64,000 nt of DNA from the IMG/VR virus record IMGVR_UViG_3300006924_000006. The stretch is one strand, 5' to 3'. The stretch is from an uncultured virus (IMG/VR IMGVR_UViG_3300006924_000006) (Duplodnaviria > Heunggongvirae > Uroviricota > Caudoviricetes). Of the stretch, positions 21,202 to 29,929 are shown one piece after another; positions within the stretch are counted from its first letter, which is position 1, and each line of letters opens with the position of its first letter. Both the position numbers and the translations under genes were made by a program. The notes beneath the pieces are model-generated. The model ran no database searches, was not told where the DNA came from, and saw nothing but the letters and a program-made list of their open reading frames with translations.

Positions 21202-21551
21202 TTGGATCCCTGGTTCTTCTTAACTCGGCCGAGCTCTCTTTTTAGATCTCGGAGCTCTGCCTCAAGCTTGATGTTATCATCCCTAAGCTTAAGAGAGGAT
21301 CTTAGAGATAAAACTATAAGGCCAAAAATTCCTTCCCCAGGATTGATTCCATCAAGGTCGTCGGCCGCAACCAGCAATCTATTGAGGATAGATACTACAT
21401 TTTTGTGGTAGCCCGGAGTCTGGTTGTCGGGATGAGTTTTGTCGGACAAGAGTCTCTTGAAGTCGTCAAAGGCACTCTCTACTCCGCTTTGTGCCTTGCT
21501 CTTCTTTGAGTCCATATACTTGCTATTCGCAGGCATCTTTACGTTAGACAT
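21198..21551 (-). CDS. Hypothetical protein with C-terminal coiled coil
   Basis: 117-aa ORF with GGAGG SD. Confidence 0.65.
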   Translation of the reverse strand: MSNVKMPANSKYMDSKKSKAQSGVESAFDDFKRLLSDKTHPDNQTPGYHKNVVSILNRLLVAADDLDGINPGEGIFGLIVLSLRSSLKLRDDNIKLEAELRDLKRELGRVKKNQGSK

Positions 21552-21873
21552 GAAAATCTTCCTCCAGCATTAACATTATGTATATACCGCATCTTTTATG
21601 CATTTTTAAAAATGCCTGTATCTCGTGCAGCCTATCTTCTCCTATGATACCAAACTGTCTATATAAAAAGTTGATTATGTTAATGCACTTGTTATGGTCG
21701 TTACAGGGCGCGTCAAATAAGCCGCAAGCATTTTCTAAAAAAGGCATCAACTTATCTTTCGTCTCTCTGTTTAATTTGGACAAGTCTGCAATTGGATTAA
21801 CAATAGAATTGCAGCAAATAAATCCAGAGCTTTCAACATGTCCATTGCATCCAAATAATATCAAAATCTTCAC
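21544..21873 (-). CDS. Hypothetical Cys-rich protein
   Basis: 109-aa ORF. Confidence 0.6.
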   Translation of the reverse strand: MKILILFGCNGHVESSGFICCNSIVNPIADLSKLNRETKDKLMPFLENACGLFDAPCNDHNKCINIINFLYRQFGIIGEDRLHEIQAFLKMHKRCGIYIMLMLEEDFHV

Positions 21874-21935
21874 CTACATCTTCTCTGTATTTTACATGTT
21901 TAATAAATCGAAACAATCGTTAGGAAGTGCCTCTC

Positions 21936-22226
21936 TTAGATATCTATATATCCTCCGAAAGAGACGCTCATTACATCTGTTGAATTTGGATCTGCAGTAA
22001 TTACAAACATATCTCCAGTTGTGCCGTCTAGTTGAAGCTCTGCAATATTAGGGGAAATTCCACTGTCCTTCGGAAGAGCCCAGGCTGCCAATAATCGCCC
22101 CTTATCAGAAGTCATGATCCCTGTGGAAGAAGTATCGTATTCTATATAATCTCCAAAGTCAGTCCACGATGCAGCTCCGACCAAGTCTGGATTCAGATAT
22201 AGCCTAAAGGATGAGAATTTCCTGCA
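21936..22226 (-). pseudogene. Probable 5'-truncated gene remnant
   Basis: Frame open back to TGA at 22229-22227 (CRKFSSFRLYLNPDLVGAASWTD...) with no good start; the ATG overlapping the upstream stop (22254) is in another frame and stops after 6 codons. Confidence 0.35.
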
Positions 22227-22253
22227 TCAATCGTTACCTCACTTGATATGCCA

Positions 22254-24062
22254 TTATACTATACTCCACTCTGTGCCAGAAAAAGCCAGCATAACACTTG
22301 CATAATCTGCGTCAAGAACAAGAGAGGCTGCACCATCAATTGTCTCTGCGCCATCTGTATTAATCGTTATATTGCTAGCGAAAGCTGACCCAGCTTTATC
22401 TTTTATTGTTAAAACTCCAGTATTATGATCAGCTCCAGCCAAAAGAGTTATAACTTGCGCCGTGCCTGTTGCTAACACGTAGTCATCTGTTGCCAAGACC
22501 ACATAAGGATCTGCGGCAGTCTCCGTAATAGTTGGAGTGGCAATAGACGGAGTCTTCCAGGCCGGTTGCCGATTCGCGTCTGCCGTAACAACCTGCCCTG
22601 GAGTCCCTGTCTCTAAGTAATAAATATCTCCACTATCAGGAAACGCGGTTGATTCACTTGGATTCGAATTCCAAAGGGTAATATGCCCTTTCCCCTTCTT
22701 CAAATCATTAATTCTAATCGGAGAATGGTCGGCAGGAGCAGATTCTCCTCCCGTAGCTCTTTCAACAATATGAATCCTTCTTGCCGGAGCAGTTAAGAGA
22801 TCTGGACCTATAACCTCGCCAGGAGTGATGGGGCCGATCCCTACATATCCCGCCTTATCCAGAGAATCTTTGCCTCCATCTATAATGATCGCAGTCTTGA
22901 GGGCCGCATCAGTATCATGGTACGTCTGTAAATATAGATTTCCATAATCATTTGCGCTTCCCCCATAAGTATGATGAAAGCCGGCGATCCTAGCTATAGG
23001 GCCGGATGATAAGGTTCCGGAATTTCCGATGAAATTAAATGCAGAATATTTATCAAAATCTCCTGGGCCATTAGTTGTGTTTTCCAGAGAAATAATCGGC
23101 CCAGTGCCTTCTCCCGTTCCTCCTGCAACTTTGTTATAAAGAAAAGAGCTGTTTCCTCCAAATGATCCAGAGTCATTATACTGAATATTTGTATCTGCTC
23201 CGCCAGGAGTAGACGGCGTTGTACTAGACTCAATCTTAACGGTATCTGTGTCAGCGGTTGCAGTTAGGGTAATTCCAGTTCCGGCAGAAAAGGTAACCGT
23301 ATCCGTAACGCTATCAGCGACTACAGGGCCGCCTGACGCCGAACCGCCGTCCGCAACTACAGCAATATTTTCAAATAAATTTTGAACGCCTACAGAAGAA
23401 CTTGTGTAAAAATCTCCGCTCGCATCGACAACAACAGCCGTTCCACTTCCTGCTGACAGCCCGACCACTCTTAATGGAGGATTTACCAAGTCCTTTATGT
23501 GCAATCTTCTGTCTGGAGAAGAAATTCCTATTCCAACTCGCGTATTCGTATAGTCGTATACAAATCCGTTGTTTCCGCCAAACGCTCCTGCGTTATTGAA
23601 CTGTATGTTGGTGTTGTCTCCGCCTGCAGAGCCTGATAAATCTAAGAAATACTTCTTTTCCCCAGTTGTAGTATTCTCTATATATTCTGGTATCGCGAGA
23701 TTTTCAAGATCTTCTCCAGCAGCAATTGCAGCAGCCCTTCTTGCTGCTGGCGTTCCATAAACTAAGTCAGAATAGCTTTGCAAATTAATATATTGTACTG
23801 CCGGAGTTGAGCCTCCGTATCCACCGAGGTTTGCATGAGCCAGCTGACCTCTTACATGAGCCCCCTCTGTCAGAAGTATCTTGGAGGCTCTTCCATTCGC
23901 ATGGGTCCCATCATGAACGTGTCCTGCCACAAGAGGATGAAATTCATCAACCGAAGTATTAGATCCATACTCTCCTCCGAAAATGCGATTCATTACGTCT
24001 GCAGTAACAACCGTTACGGCCGACGTATACTTTGTCAAATTAGTATCGCTGCTATCTGCCAT
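22254..24062 (-). CDS. Putative tail fibre/virion appendage protein
   Basis: Gly/Ser/Thr-rich; two GGxxTNIQ(F/Y)NxxGxFGGN repeats; VGIG..P motif; C-terminal TIKDKAG..TIDG module; N-terminus shared with the next gene. Confidence 0.7.
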   Translation of the reverse strand: MADSSDTNLTKYTSAVTVVTADVMNRIFGGEYGSNTSVDEFHPLVAGHVHDGTHANGRASKILLTEGAHVRGQLAHANLGGYGGSTPAVQYINLQSYSDLVYGTPAARRAAAIAAGEDLENLAIPEYIENTTTGEKKYFLDLSGSAGGDNTNIQFNNAGAFGGNNGFVYDYTNTRVGIGISSPDRRLHIKDLVNPPLRVVGLSAGSGTAVVVDASGDFYTSSSVGVQNLFENIAVVADGGSASGGPVVADSVTDTVTFSAGTGITLTATADTDTVKIESSTTPSTPGGADTNIQYNDSGSFGGNSSFLYNKVAGGTGEGTGPIISLENTTNGPGDFDKYSAFNFIGNSGTLSSGPIARIAGFHHTYGGSANDYGNLYLQTYHDTDAALKTAIIIDGGKDSLDKAGYVGIGPITPGEVIGPDLLTAPARRIHIVERATGGESAPADHSPIRINDLKKGKGHITLWNSNPSESTAFPDSGDIYYLETGTPGQVVTADANRQPAWKTPSIATPTITETAADPYVVLATDDYVLATGTAQVITLLAGADHNTGVLTIKDKAGSAFASNITINTDGAETIDGAASLVLDADYASVMLAFSGTEWSIV

Positions 24063-24063
24063 C

Positions 24064-25734
24064 TTAAACCGTAGGCTCCCTAAATACGTTCAGCATATTT
24101 TCAACAACAGTGAGTTTGACAGCAACGCTTTCACCGACAAGCAGATTGGAGCCTACTTGGTCAGATTGATTTAGCATTACGAACTTAAGGCTACTCCCCT
24201 TTGCGATGCCGGTACCCGCATCGGTTGGAGCAGTCTCATCGTGACAGAAGAATACTTCAAAATCAGAAGCGCCGCCTCCGACAGGGGCTGCGGGACTTGT
24301 AACTCTAGAGCCGCTCGTTCCCATCGCCAATGGAATAAGGGCTCCAGAGTCAAATGTTTCCAAAAGAGAGGTCATCTTGTAATCGAATGATCCATCATTT
24401 TTGCAAACAACGCCTCCATTCATCAGGAAAGCTGTAGAGTTATGCTCACTTACATTTAGCGTATTTTGATCCCAATATGTATATGATATTGTTGCTTCTA
24501 TTCTTATGGAATAAGAGCAATTAGCCCTTGGAAAAAAGGCTCTCTTAGGGGACGCTGTGTCTTCTGCTCCATCCAAATATGCAACAGTTGTTGTTGGATA
24601 CGGAACGGAAGATGTAGCAATATTTGCTCGACTATAGTTGAAGTGACCAAACATTGTTGCGCTAAAAACCTGAGCACTTCCGACATCCTTTGTAAACAAA
24701 GTCCAAAGACCTGCAGAGCTGGAATTTAATGGGAAATCTGATAAAACTGGATTTTCTGGATTATATGCTCCTGAGGCTTGCGTGTTTTGTCCCCACATGT
24801 GAGAGTGGCCTCGAAATCCAATTACAGAGGAACTATCAGGGGAGTCTGCAGCCTCTTCAGAGGCCTCTATAAGATTGCTGGCTCCACATACCATAGAAGC
24901 CTCACCCGCCTCTATGGTATTGCTCTTTCCGCCCAATACAACTGAGGTCTCAGCTCCTGACTTAATCGTATTTTTCGTTCCACTAACTACAGCAGAGAGG
25001 GCCGCCTCAACAAGATTTTCTTTTCCACCGGAAATAACAGAATAATCTCCAGACGCTTCCGTATCTGCCCCAAGAGCTACAGAGGCTATGCCGCGATTTG
25101 CTTCATCCCACTGTGTATGATCAACTGTTCCTGCTCTAAATGCGGAATTGGATTTGTCAAAAAAGAATCGACTGTCTCCGTCACCGCCTAGATCAAGATC
25201 CTCAAGCGATGAGGAGCCAAATACAAAGTCAAACCCTTCTGCGCTAGACCAAACATCCTCTATAGCCTCAAGGCTTGATCCATTCCATGTCTGATCCTTC
25301 TGCCTTATAATCTTATTCTCTGTTATAGCAGACGCGGCACTTGAGGGGTCAGAGTCTTCCTGAAAGGTCAGGTCTGCCCTAAGACCTCTCAGGTCCAGAA
25401 GGTACTTTGTAATAGATCCGTCTTCTGTATACTCTGGAATTGCCTCGCTAACAGTTATCGTATCAAAAACCGTTCTCTTTGTAACGGCTTTATCTCCAAG
25501 GTTTTGATTCTGTAACTGACCAGAAACATGGTCGATCAAATCGATCTTCCCTGCATGACCGTCTGCTCTGGCTCCGTCATGAACATGGCCGGCAACCCTG
25601 GGATCATCAGCTGCTAGCAAATCTCCAGATGATGTTCCGAATTCTCCTCCATATAATGAATTAGCAAAATCTGCTGTAACAATTGTTACCGCAGATTTAA
25701 ACTTAGTTAGTACGCCTGAGGAATCGCTTGCCAT
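24064..25734 (-). CDS. Putative tail fibre/virion appendage protein with YadA-like beta repeats
   Basis: AFRAG..W..N.G.ASVALG and SxxxGGxxN repeats; N-terminal GHVHDG module. Confidence 0.7.
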   Translation of the reverse strand: MASDSSGVLTKFKSAVTIVTADFANSLYGGEFGTSSGDLLAADDPRVAGHVHDGARADGHAGKIDLIDHVSGQLQNQNLGDKAVTKRTVFDTITVSEAIPEYTEDGSITKYLLDLRGLRADLTFQEDSDPSSAASAITENKIIRQKDQTWNGSSLEAIEDVWSSAEGFDFVFGSSSLEDLDLGGDGDSRFFFDKSNSAFRAGTVDHTQWDEANRGIASVALGADTEASGDYSVISGGKENLVEAALSAVVSGTKNTIKSGAETSVVLGGKSNTIEAGEASMVCGASNLIEASEEAADSPDSSSVIGFRGHSHMWGQNTQASGAYNPENPVLSDFPLNSSSAGLWTLFTKDVGSAQVFSATMFGHFNYSRANIATSSVPYPTTTVAYLDGAEDTASPKRAFFPRANCSYSIRIEATISYTYWDQNTLNVSEHNSTAFLMNGGVVCKNDGSFDYKMTSLLETFDSGALIPLAMGTSGSRVTSPAAPVGGGASDFEVFFCHDETAPTDAGTGIAKGSSLKFVMLNQSDQVGSNLLVGESVAVKLTVVENMLNVFREPTV

Positions 25735-26021
25735 TACTTTTTACGACTTTTGAAATACTTTTTAATTTTGTCACTAACTTTAAATTTAACTGACTGATAG
25801 GCGTCAAGGACCATTTTCTCTTGAGTCTTCGGATTCCTAACTGGCCTAGGAGCATGTGTATATAGGTAGTATTTTCCAAACCCTACAATAGAGACCTCTC
25901 CATCTTCCTCTAGGCCTTCTATTATTGATTCGATTGTAGCCTCTAGAACTTGGTAGGACTCCTTTTGGGTCAGCAGAGTTTTTGATGCTATTCTTTTTGC
26001 TAATTTCTTTTTGTTCATCAT
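25734..26021 (-). CDS. hup: HU/IHF-family histone-like DNA-binding protein
   Basis: MNKKKL...VSIVGFG..RNPKTQE...VKFKVS. Confidence 0.92.
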   Translation of the reverse strand: MMNKKKLAKRIASKTLLTQKESYQVLEATIESIIEGLEEDGEVSIVGFGKYYLYTHAPRPVRNPKTQEKMVLDAYQSVKFKVSDKIKKYFKSRKK

Positions 26022-26044
26022 AAGTTTGGTCTACCATTTTTGCA

Positions 26045-26066
26045 CATGCACGCATATGCGTGCATG
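26045..26066. repeat. Perfect 22-bp palindrome within an alternating purine/pyrimidine tract upstream of HU
   Basis: CATGCACGCATATGCGTGCATG. Confidence 0.9.
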
Positions 26067-26102
26067 CCTTGTACCTATAAATCTTTAATTATTAATAGTA
26101 AA

Positions 26103-26324
26103 TTAAAGGATATCATCATCAAACTTACCGGCATGCTTTCTGGACCTCGCAAGATCCTCTTCCAGTTCGTTCAACTTACGTAGGTAATAGTCATAAATCA
26201 CTACTAAATCTGCTTCATCCATACTTCTTGGGTCTATCCCATAATTTTCATATATTTCACCTACTTTTTCAACAACCTTTAACAATGCACCTTCTTTATC
26301 TAACGTAGCCCATGAACCTATCAT
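26103..26324 (-). CDS. Hypothetical protein
   Basis: 73-aa ORF, ATGA-coupled to the upstream gene. Confidence 0.6.
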   Translation of the reverse strand: MIGSWATLDKEGALLKVVEKVGEIYENYGIDPRSMDEADLVVIYDYYLRKLNELEEDLARSRKHAGKFDDDIL

Positions 26325-26692
26325 TTTTCATCTGCTCTTTTTATTATTTGCCTGCAGATATCTAGCATGTTTTCTACTGGCATTTTTAATTTAAAAGAAT
26401 TGATACAATAGGCACACCATACAAGGTTTCCCCTTACATACCCCTTCTTCGGATCCACGCAGTCTAGAGACATCTTCAGCGGATCATGAACTCCATACTC
26501 ATCTGATTTAATCACATTAAGCTTAATACCGGAGTAATGGCATCTTCCTTCTTGCTTTTCAAACAAATCGACAATATACTCTCGGTTAATACCAAAGGGA
26601 AGATCTCTCTTTAGAGCTCTTTTCCTCGCAGATCTGAGAGAGCTACCGAACATCAGATTCGGATGCTCCATGCACTTCTGTCTCCAGTTCAC
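26321..26692 (-). CDS. His-Me finger (HNH/EndoVII-like) endonuclease-family protein
   Basis: QEGRCHYSG...SLDCVDPKKGYVRGNLVWC...IN..K. Confidence 0.7.
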   Translation of the reverse strand: MNWRQKCMEHPNLMFGSSLRSARKRALKRDLPFGINREYIVDLFEKQEGRCHYSGIKLNVIKSDEYGVHDPLKMSLDCVDPKKGYVRGNLVWCAYCINSFKLKMPVENMLDICRQIIKRADEK

Positions 26693-26698
26693 CTCGGA

Positions 26699-26956
26699 TT
26701 ACTCCTCGCCTACTGGCTTGTTAAATACATTCACCATAATGCGCTGGCCGGCCTTAGCTCCCGCTGCCTTAATCACAGTTCTTAGGGCCGCCGCTATACG
26801 CCCTTGCTTTCCAATTACCTTGCCGACATCTTCTTTTCCAACTCTAACTTCTAATAAAAGTCCCTTCTCTGATTCGGTCTTGAGAACCTGAACAGATTCT
26901 TCGTCGTCAACAATATTCTTTACCATCTCAACTAGTAGCGCTTGTACATTTTCCAT
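26699..26956 (-). CDS. khpA: KH-domain RNA-binding protein (KhpA/YlqC family)
   Basis: IVDD.E.V...EDVGKVIGKQGRIAAALRTV. Confidence 0.9.
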   Translation of the reverse strand: MENVQALLVEMVKNIVDDEESVQVLKTESEKGLLLEVRVGKEDVGKVIGKQGRIAAALRTVIKAAGAKAGQRIMVNVFNKPVGEE

Positions 26957-26957
26957 T

Positions 26958-27458
26958 TTAAATCTCCTTTATAGTTATTGTTTTCGGCTCTTCTTCTGCT
27001 TTGCGCGGAATTACTAATTCTAAAAGTCCATTTTTCATCGAAGCAGACATACGTCCAACATTAAATGTTGGATTTATGTAAAACTTAGCCTTAAAGTTTC
27101 TTCTGGCAATTCCCCTTACGATCATCCCTCTTTGCACCACTATATTTGGAGCCTTTGCAGGGTATTCTTCTTGATCAGATAATGCCTCATGCATTTCCTC
27201 TGCGTCTATTTTGTTTCCAGATCCAGTTATAAAAACTTCATTGCCCTTTGCTTTGAGCACAATGTCATCAGGAGAATACCCTGCAAGCGCAAAGGCCATA
27301 TGAAACCCCTCGACATCACACCACTGATCACACCTTGGAAACTTTCCTGATGAAGAAACCTTCTTATTAGAAGAAACCTCTCTGAAGAACTCATCATCTA
27401 TCCACAGCAAATCTAGAACTCTAGCCGGAATTGAGACCCTGCTAATAACATCTTTCAT
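26958..27458 (-). CDS. Small heat-shock protein (Hsp20/IbpA-like)
   Basis: FALAGYSPDDI...RGIARRNF...ASMKNGLLELVIP. Confidence 0.88.
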   Translation of the reverse strand: MKDVISRVSIPARVLDLLWIDDEFFREVSSNKKVSSSGKFPRCDQWCDVEGFHMAFALAGYSPDDIVLKAKGNEVFITGSGNKIDAEEMHEALSDQEEYPAKAPNIVVQRGMIVRGIARRNFKAKFYINPTFNVGRMSASMKNGLLELVIPRKAEEEPKTITIKEI

Positions 27459-27464
27459 ATCAAA

Positions 27465-27797
27465 CTATTCCTCTTCTTCATATAGGTTAACAGGCTCATC
27501 GAGATTGGCAGCAATTGAATCTGCCGCATCAACAATGTTGTGAATTGACCAGCTTACAACGCTTGTAATAAATGCGCCGATTACTGGACTTATCTCAAAA
27601 TATAAGGACAAGAAAGCGCCAACCCAAACCCCGGTACACATAGAGCAGTTTATTAACTTCTCAGCCCATAGGCTTCGAGATAAGAACCTTCTCAGTGGCT
27701 CCGCAATATCTGATACAACCAGTACCAGAGTCATCCCGGCAGAGCTTAAGCAGAACATTAAAAACTCGGTAAACTGCACCAACTCATCCTCACTCAT
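27465..27797 (-). CDS. Small membrane protein (DUF1360-like)
   Basis: Hydrophobic helices with LINCSMCTGVWVG. Confidence 0.6.
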   Translation of the reverse strand: MSEDELVQFTEFLMFCLSSAGMTLVLVVSDIAEPLRRFLSRSLWAEKLINCSMCTGVWVGAFLSLYFEISPVIGAFITSVVSWSIHNIVDAADSIAANLDEPVNLYEEEE

Positions 27798-27891
27798 AAT
27801 ATACTTTAACGTCTTTTAATTATCAACAATATTATGTCAACTTATTGATATTCCTAAAATCTTCACGGATTCTGCAAAGCTTTTGCCCGAG

Positions 27892-27922
27892 GGGCCGGGG
27901 CGGTTGTTTGCCGCCCCGGCCC
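27892..27922. terminator. GC-rich 12-bp hairpin (terminator or RNA-stabilising stem)
   Basis: GGGCCGGGGCGG-N7-CCGCCCCGGCCC directly after the DUF3310 gene; no clear U-tract on the minus strand. Confidence 0.5.
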
Positions 27923-27925
27923 TAT

Positions 27926-28195
27926 TTATATTTTAGGCGCAGGTTTTGACTCGTCAAGAGTCGCTGCAGACTCCTTTTCACAAAGGCCAATAAATCGATC
28001 CAGATACCACTTTGCCTTCTTTAAATCCTCTAGGACATTACCGTGCTTCCTTCCCGCTCTTGATATATATTTAACTGTGTTTCCAAGGTGAAACCCTAAC
28101 CGCCAAGCCTCAATAACCTTGATCGTCTCATAAACCGTGGACTCTCCCTGAGGGTCACCACTCTGATAATGGCTAGGATGTTTTACATTGCTCAT
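27926..28195 (-). CDS. DUF3310 (SaV-like) phage protein
   Basis: VKHPSHY...FHLGNTVKYISRAGRK...EDLKKAKWYL. Confidence 0.85.
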   Translation of the reverse strand: MSNVKHPSHYQSGDPQGESTVYETIKVIEAWRLGFHLGNTVKYISRAGRKHGNVLEDLKKAKWYLDRFIGLCEKESAATLDESKPAPKI

Positions 28196-28210
28196 TTAAT
28201 ATCTCCTTTA

Positions 28211-28886
28211 TTATATTGTAATTTCACCTTTGACGAACCTACTTAGCTTTTGAGTTTTTCCGGTTCGATGATCGGTCACCTTGTCTCGCTGAACTTGATA
28301 AGTCCTTATCTTATCTCCTCTCATTCCAGAGCCAACCTGAGAGGCTCTCAGCTCAGACCTTCGTCTGCTGGCTGCGCTCCTTTCGATCTCATATAGCTTA
28401 GCTCGAAGAAGCCTTAGAGCATAGTCTTTGTTCAAGTGTTGTGAACGCTCTGATTCGCATCGAATGCTTATTTGTGTTGGAATATGTTTCAGCTGAACGG
28501 CAGAGTCAGTTACATTTCTATGCTGCCCGCCCGCTCCAGATCCACGGCAAGTCTTCCACTCAAGGTCTTTCTTGTCGATCTTTACTGATGCTCTTTTTGG
28601 CTCTGTTAGAATTGCAACCGTTATAGTCGAAGTGTGAACTCTGCCTCGTTTGTCAAGGGGAGAAACTCTTTGCCAGCGATGGCCTCCTGCTTCTTTCTCA
28701 AAGATCTTTAAAGCGTTCTTTCCTTCGATCAAAGCTATGCTAATTCCTGGGCGTGATTCTATTATTTTCAGGCTAAAGATAATTTCGGCGGCAGACCTTG
28801 CCGTAAATGCCGAGTTGATCTTTAACAAGAAGTTTGCTTTCTTTTCCGCCTTCAGCGGCTCTAATCTCTAATATAATAGAATTCAT
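28211..28886 (-). CDS. Class I peptide chain release factor lacking domain 1, expressed via a +1 frameshift at CTT TAG C (about 224 aa)
   Basis: SD plus ATG at 28886 gives MNSIILEIRAAEGGKES...RNYL then TAG; the +1 frame continues SLKIIE...EAGGHRWQRVSPLDKRGRVHTS...GAGGQHRNVTDSAV...ERSQHLN...KIRTY...VTDHR. Confidence 0.85.
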
Positions 28887-28906
28887 CTTCCTTTTCTCCT
28901 TTATAT

Positions 28907-29491
28907 TTATTCTGGCTTAACTCCAGAGGCTAATGCTATTTTGCAAATATGCTCTAGCCTTTCTATGTGACAAAATGCTTCCCACGGGTTTTTCCCAATA
29001 GCACAAGCTCCATGCGCAGTTTGGCCAACAATATCATAATAGACCTCTCCATTACGTTGCATTTGAAAAAATGTATCATCTGCCAAGCCTTTACTTGTCG
29101 CCTCCCAAAGTCCTACATTCTTCCCAACTTTTGTATAGCGATATACTTCCGGAAACTTCTTTGCTAATGCCTGCAGATTCCACCCTGCCATCATCGCTGC
29201 AACAATATAGGTTGGATGCAGATGAAGCACGCATCTCGTTCCCTTGTGACTCTTCTGCAAAAGCCAATGCATCTCTAGCTCTCCAGAGGCATTCTTATTC
29301 AGGCCAAGCTTTCCTCTGGAAATTGGAATTCTAAGAATAGATTCTGGATAAATGATATTCTTTCTAACTCCAGACGGAGTTATGTAGAGAGTTTTTTTCT
29401 CTGACCTCTTTAAAGAGCAGTTCCCGTCCTTGGTAGTTATCCAGTTTCTATCGTATGCCTCTCGCATAACATCGCCAATAGCAGTTAACAT
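28907..29491 (-). CDS. Class II aldolase/adducin-family protein
   Basis: DGNCS, ITPSG, SGELEMH, HLHPTY, HG motifs. Confidence 0.88.
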   Translation of the reverse strand: MLTAIGDVMREAYDRNWITTKDGNCSLKRSEKKTLYITPSGVRKNIIYPESILRIPISRGKLGLNKNASGELEMHWLLQKSHKGTRCVLHLHPTYIVAAMMAGWNLQALAKKFPEVYRYTKVGKNVGLWEATSKGLADDTFFQMQRNGEVYYDIVGQTAHGACAIGKNPWEAFCHIERLEHICKIALASGVKPE

Positions 29492-29656
29492 CTACAGAAG
29501 CTCCTCATCTACAGACCACTCTTCTACGCAAAGAGTGGTCTCGCCGTCGCCTTCGTTTTCGAATAAGAATTCCTCTGCTGCCTCTTCGCTGGAGAAGACC
29601 GCAACGATTCTTGCTTCATTTCTAAAAGATTCTTCTGTTATAATATAAACAATCAC

Positions 29657-29929
29657 CTATAACTCCTGTAAATAAAAACTCTGCTTAAGCTTATAGGCCG
29701 GAAACTCAGTTTCGTGAAACCAAGAAACCACAGTCTTGCTTACAGTAGGATCTCCATCCAAGAAAGCCTCTCCTTCCGAGAATGCCTCTCCAACTTTGCT
29801 CTTATCAAATCCGGCCGGAACATGAAGCTCTACTATCTCAAAATAACTTCTGGGCATAATCTTGCAGCTATTCTCGATGATTAAATAGTAGATATCTTCC
29901 TTCCATGGCTTTTTCGACTTCTTTCCCAT
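29657..29929 (-). CDS. Hypothetical protein
   Basis: 90-aa ORF in a packed small-gene array. Confidence 0.55.
   Translation of the reverse strand: MGKKSKKPWKEDIYYLIIENSCKIMPRSYFEIVELHVPAGFDKSKVGEAFSEGEAFLDGDPTVSKTVVSWFHETEFPAYKLKQSFYLQEL

Noticed and set aside
27798..27842. Sigma-70 promoter (TTGACA, or TTGATA-N17-TATATT) upstream of the 27797 gene
   Set aside because: TTGACA has no -10 at the right spacing, and the TATATT hexamer abuts the ATG; not supportable.
28773..28775. TAG reassignment or readthrough (alternative genetic code)
   Set aside because: Reading through in frame gives no release-factor similarity and meets another TAG ten codons later. TAG, TGA and TAA all end conserved genes here (groEL TAG, dnaE TGA, HU TAA).
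28775..28828. ORF-track N-terminus MLKINSAFTARSAAEIIF for the release factor
   Set aside because: No SD and no RF similarity; the conserved EIRxxxGG motif is in the other frame from ATG 28886.
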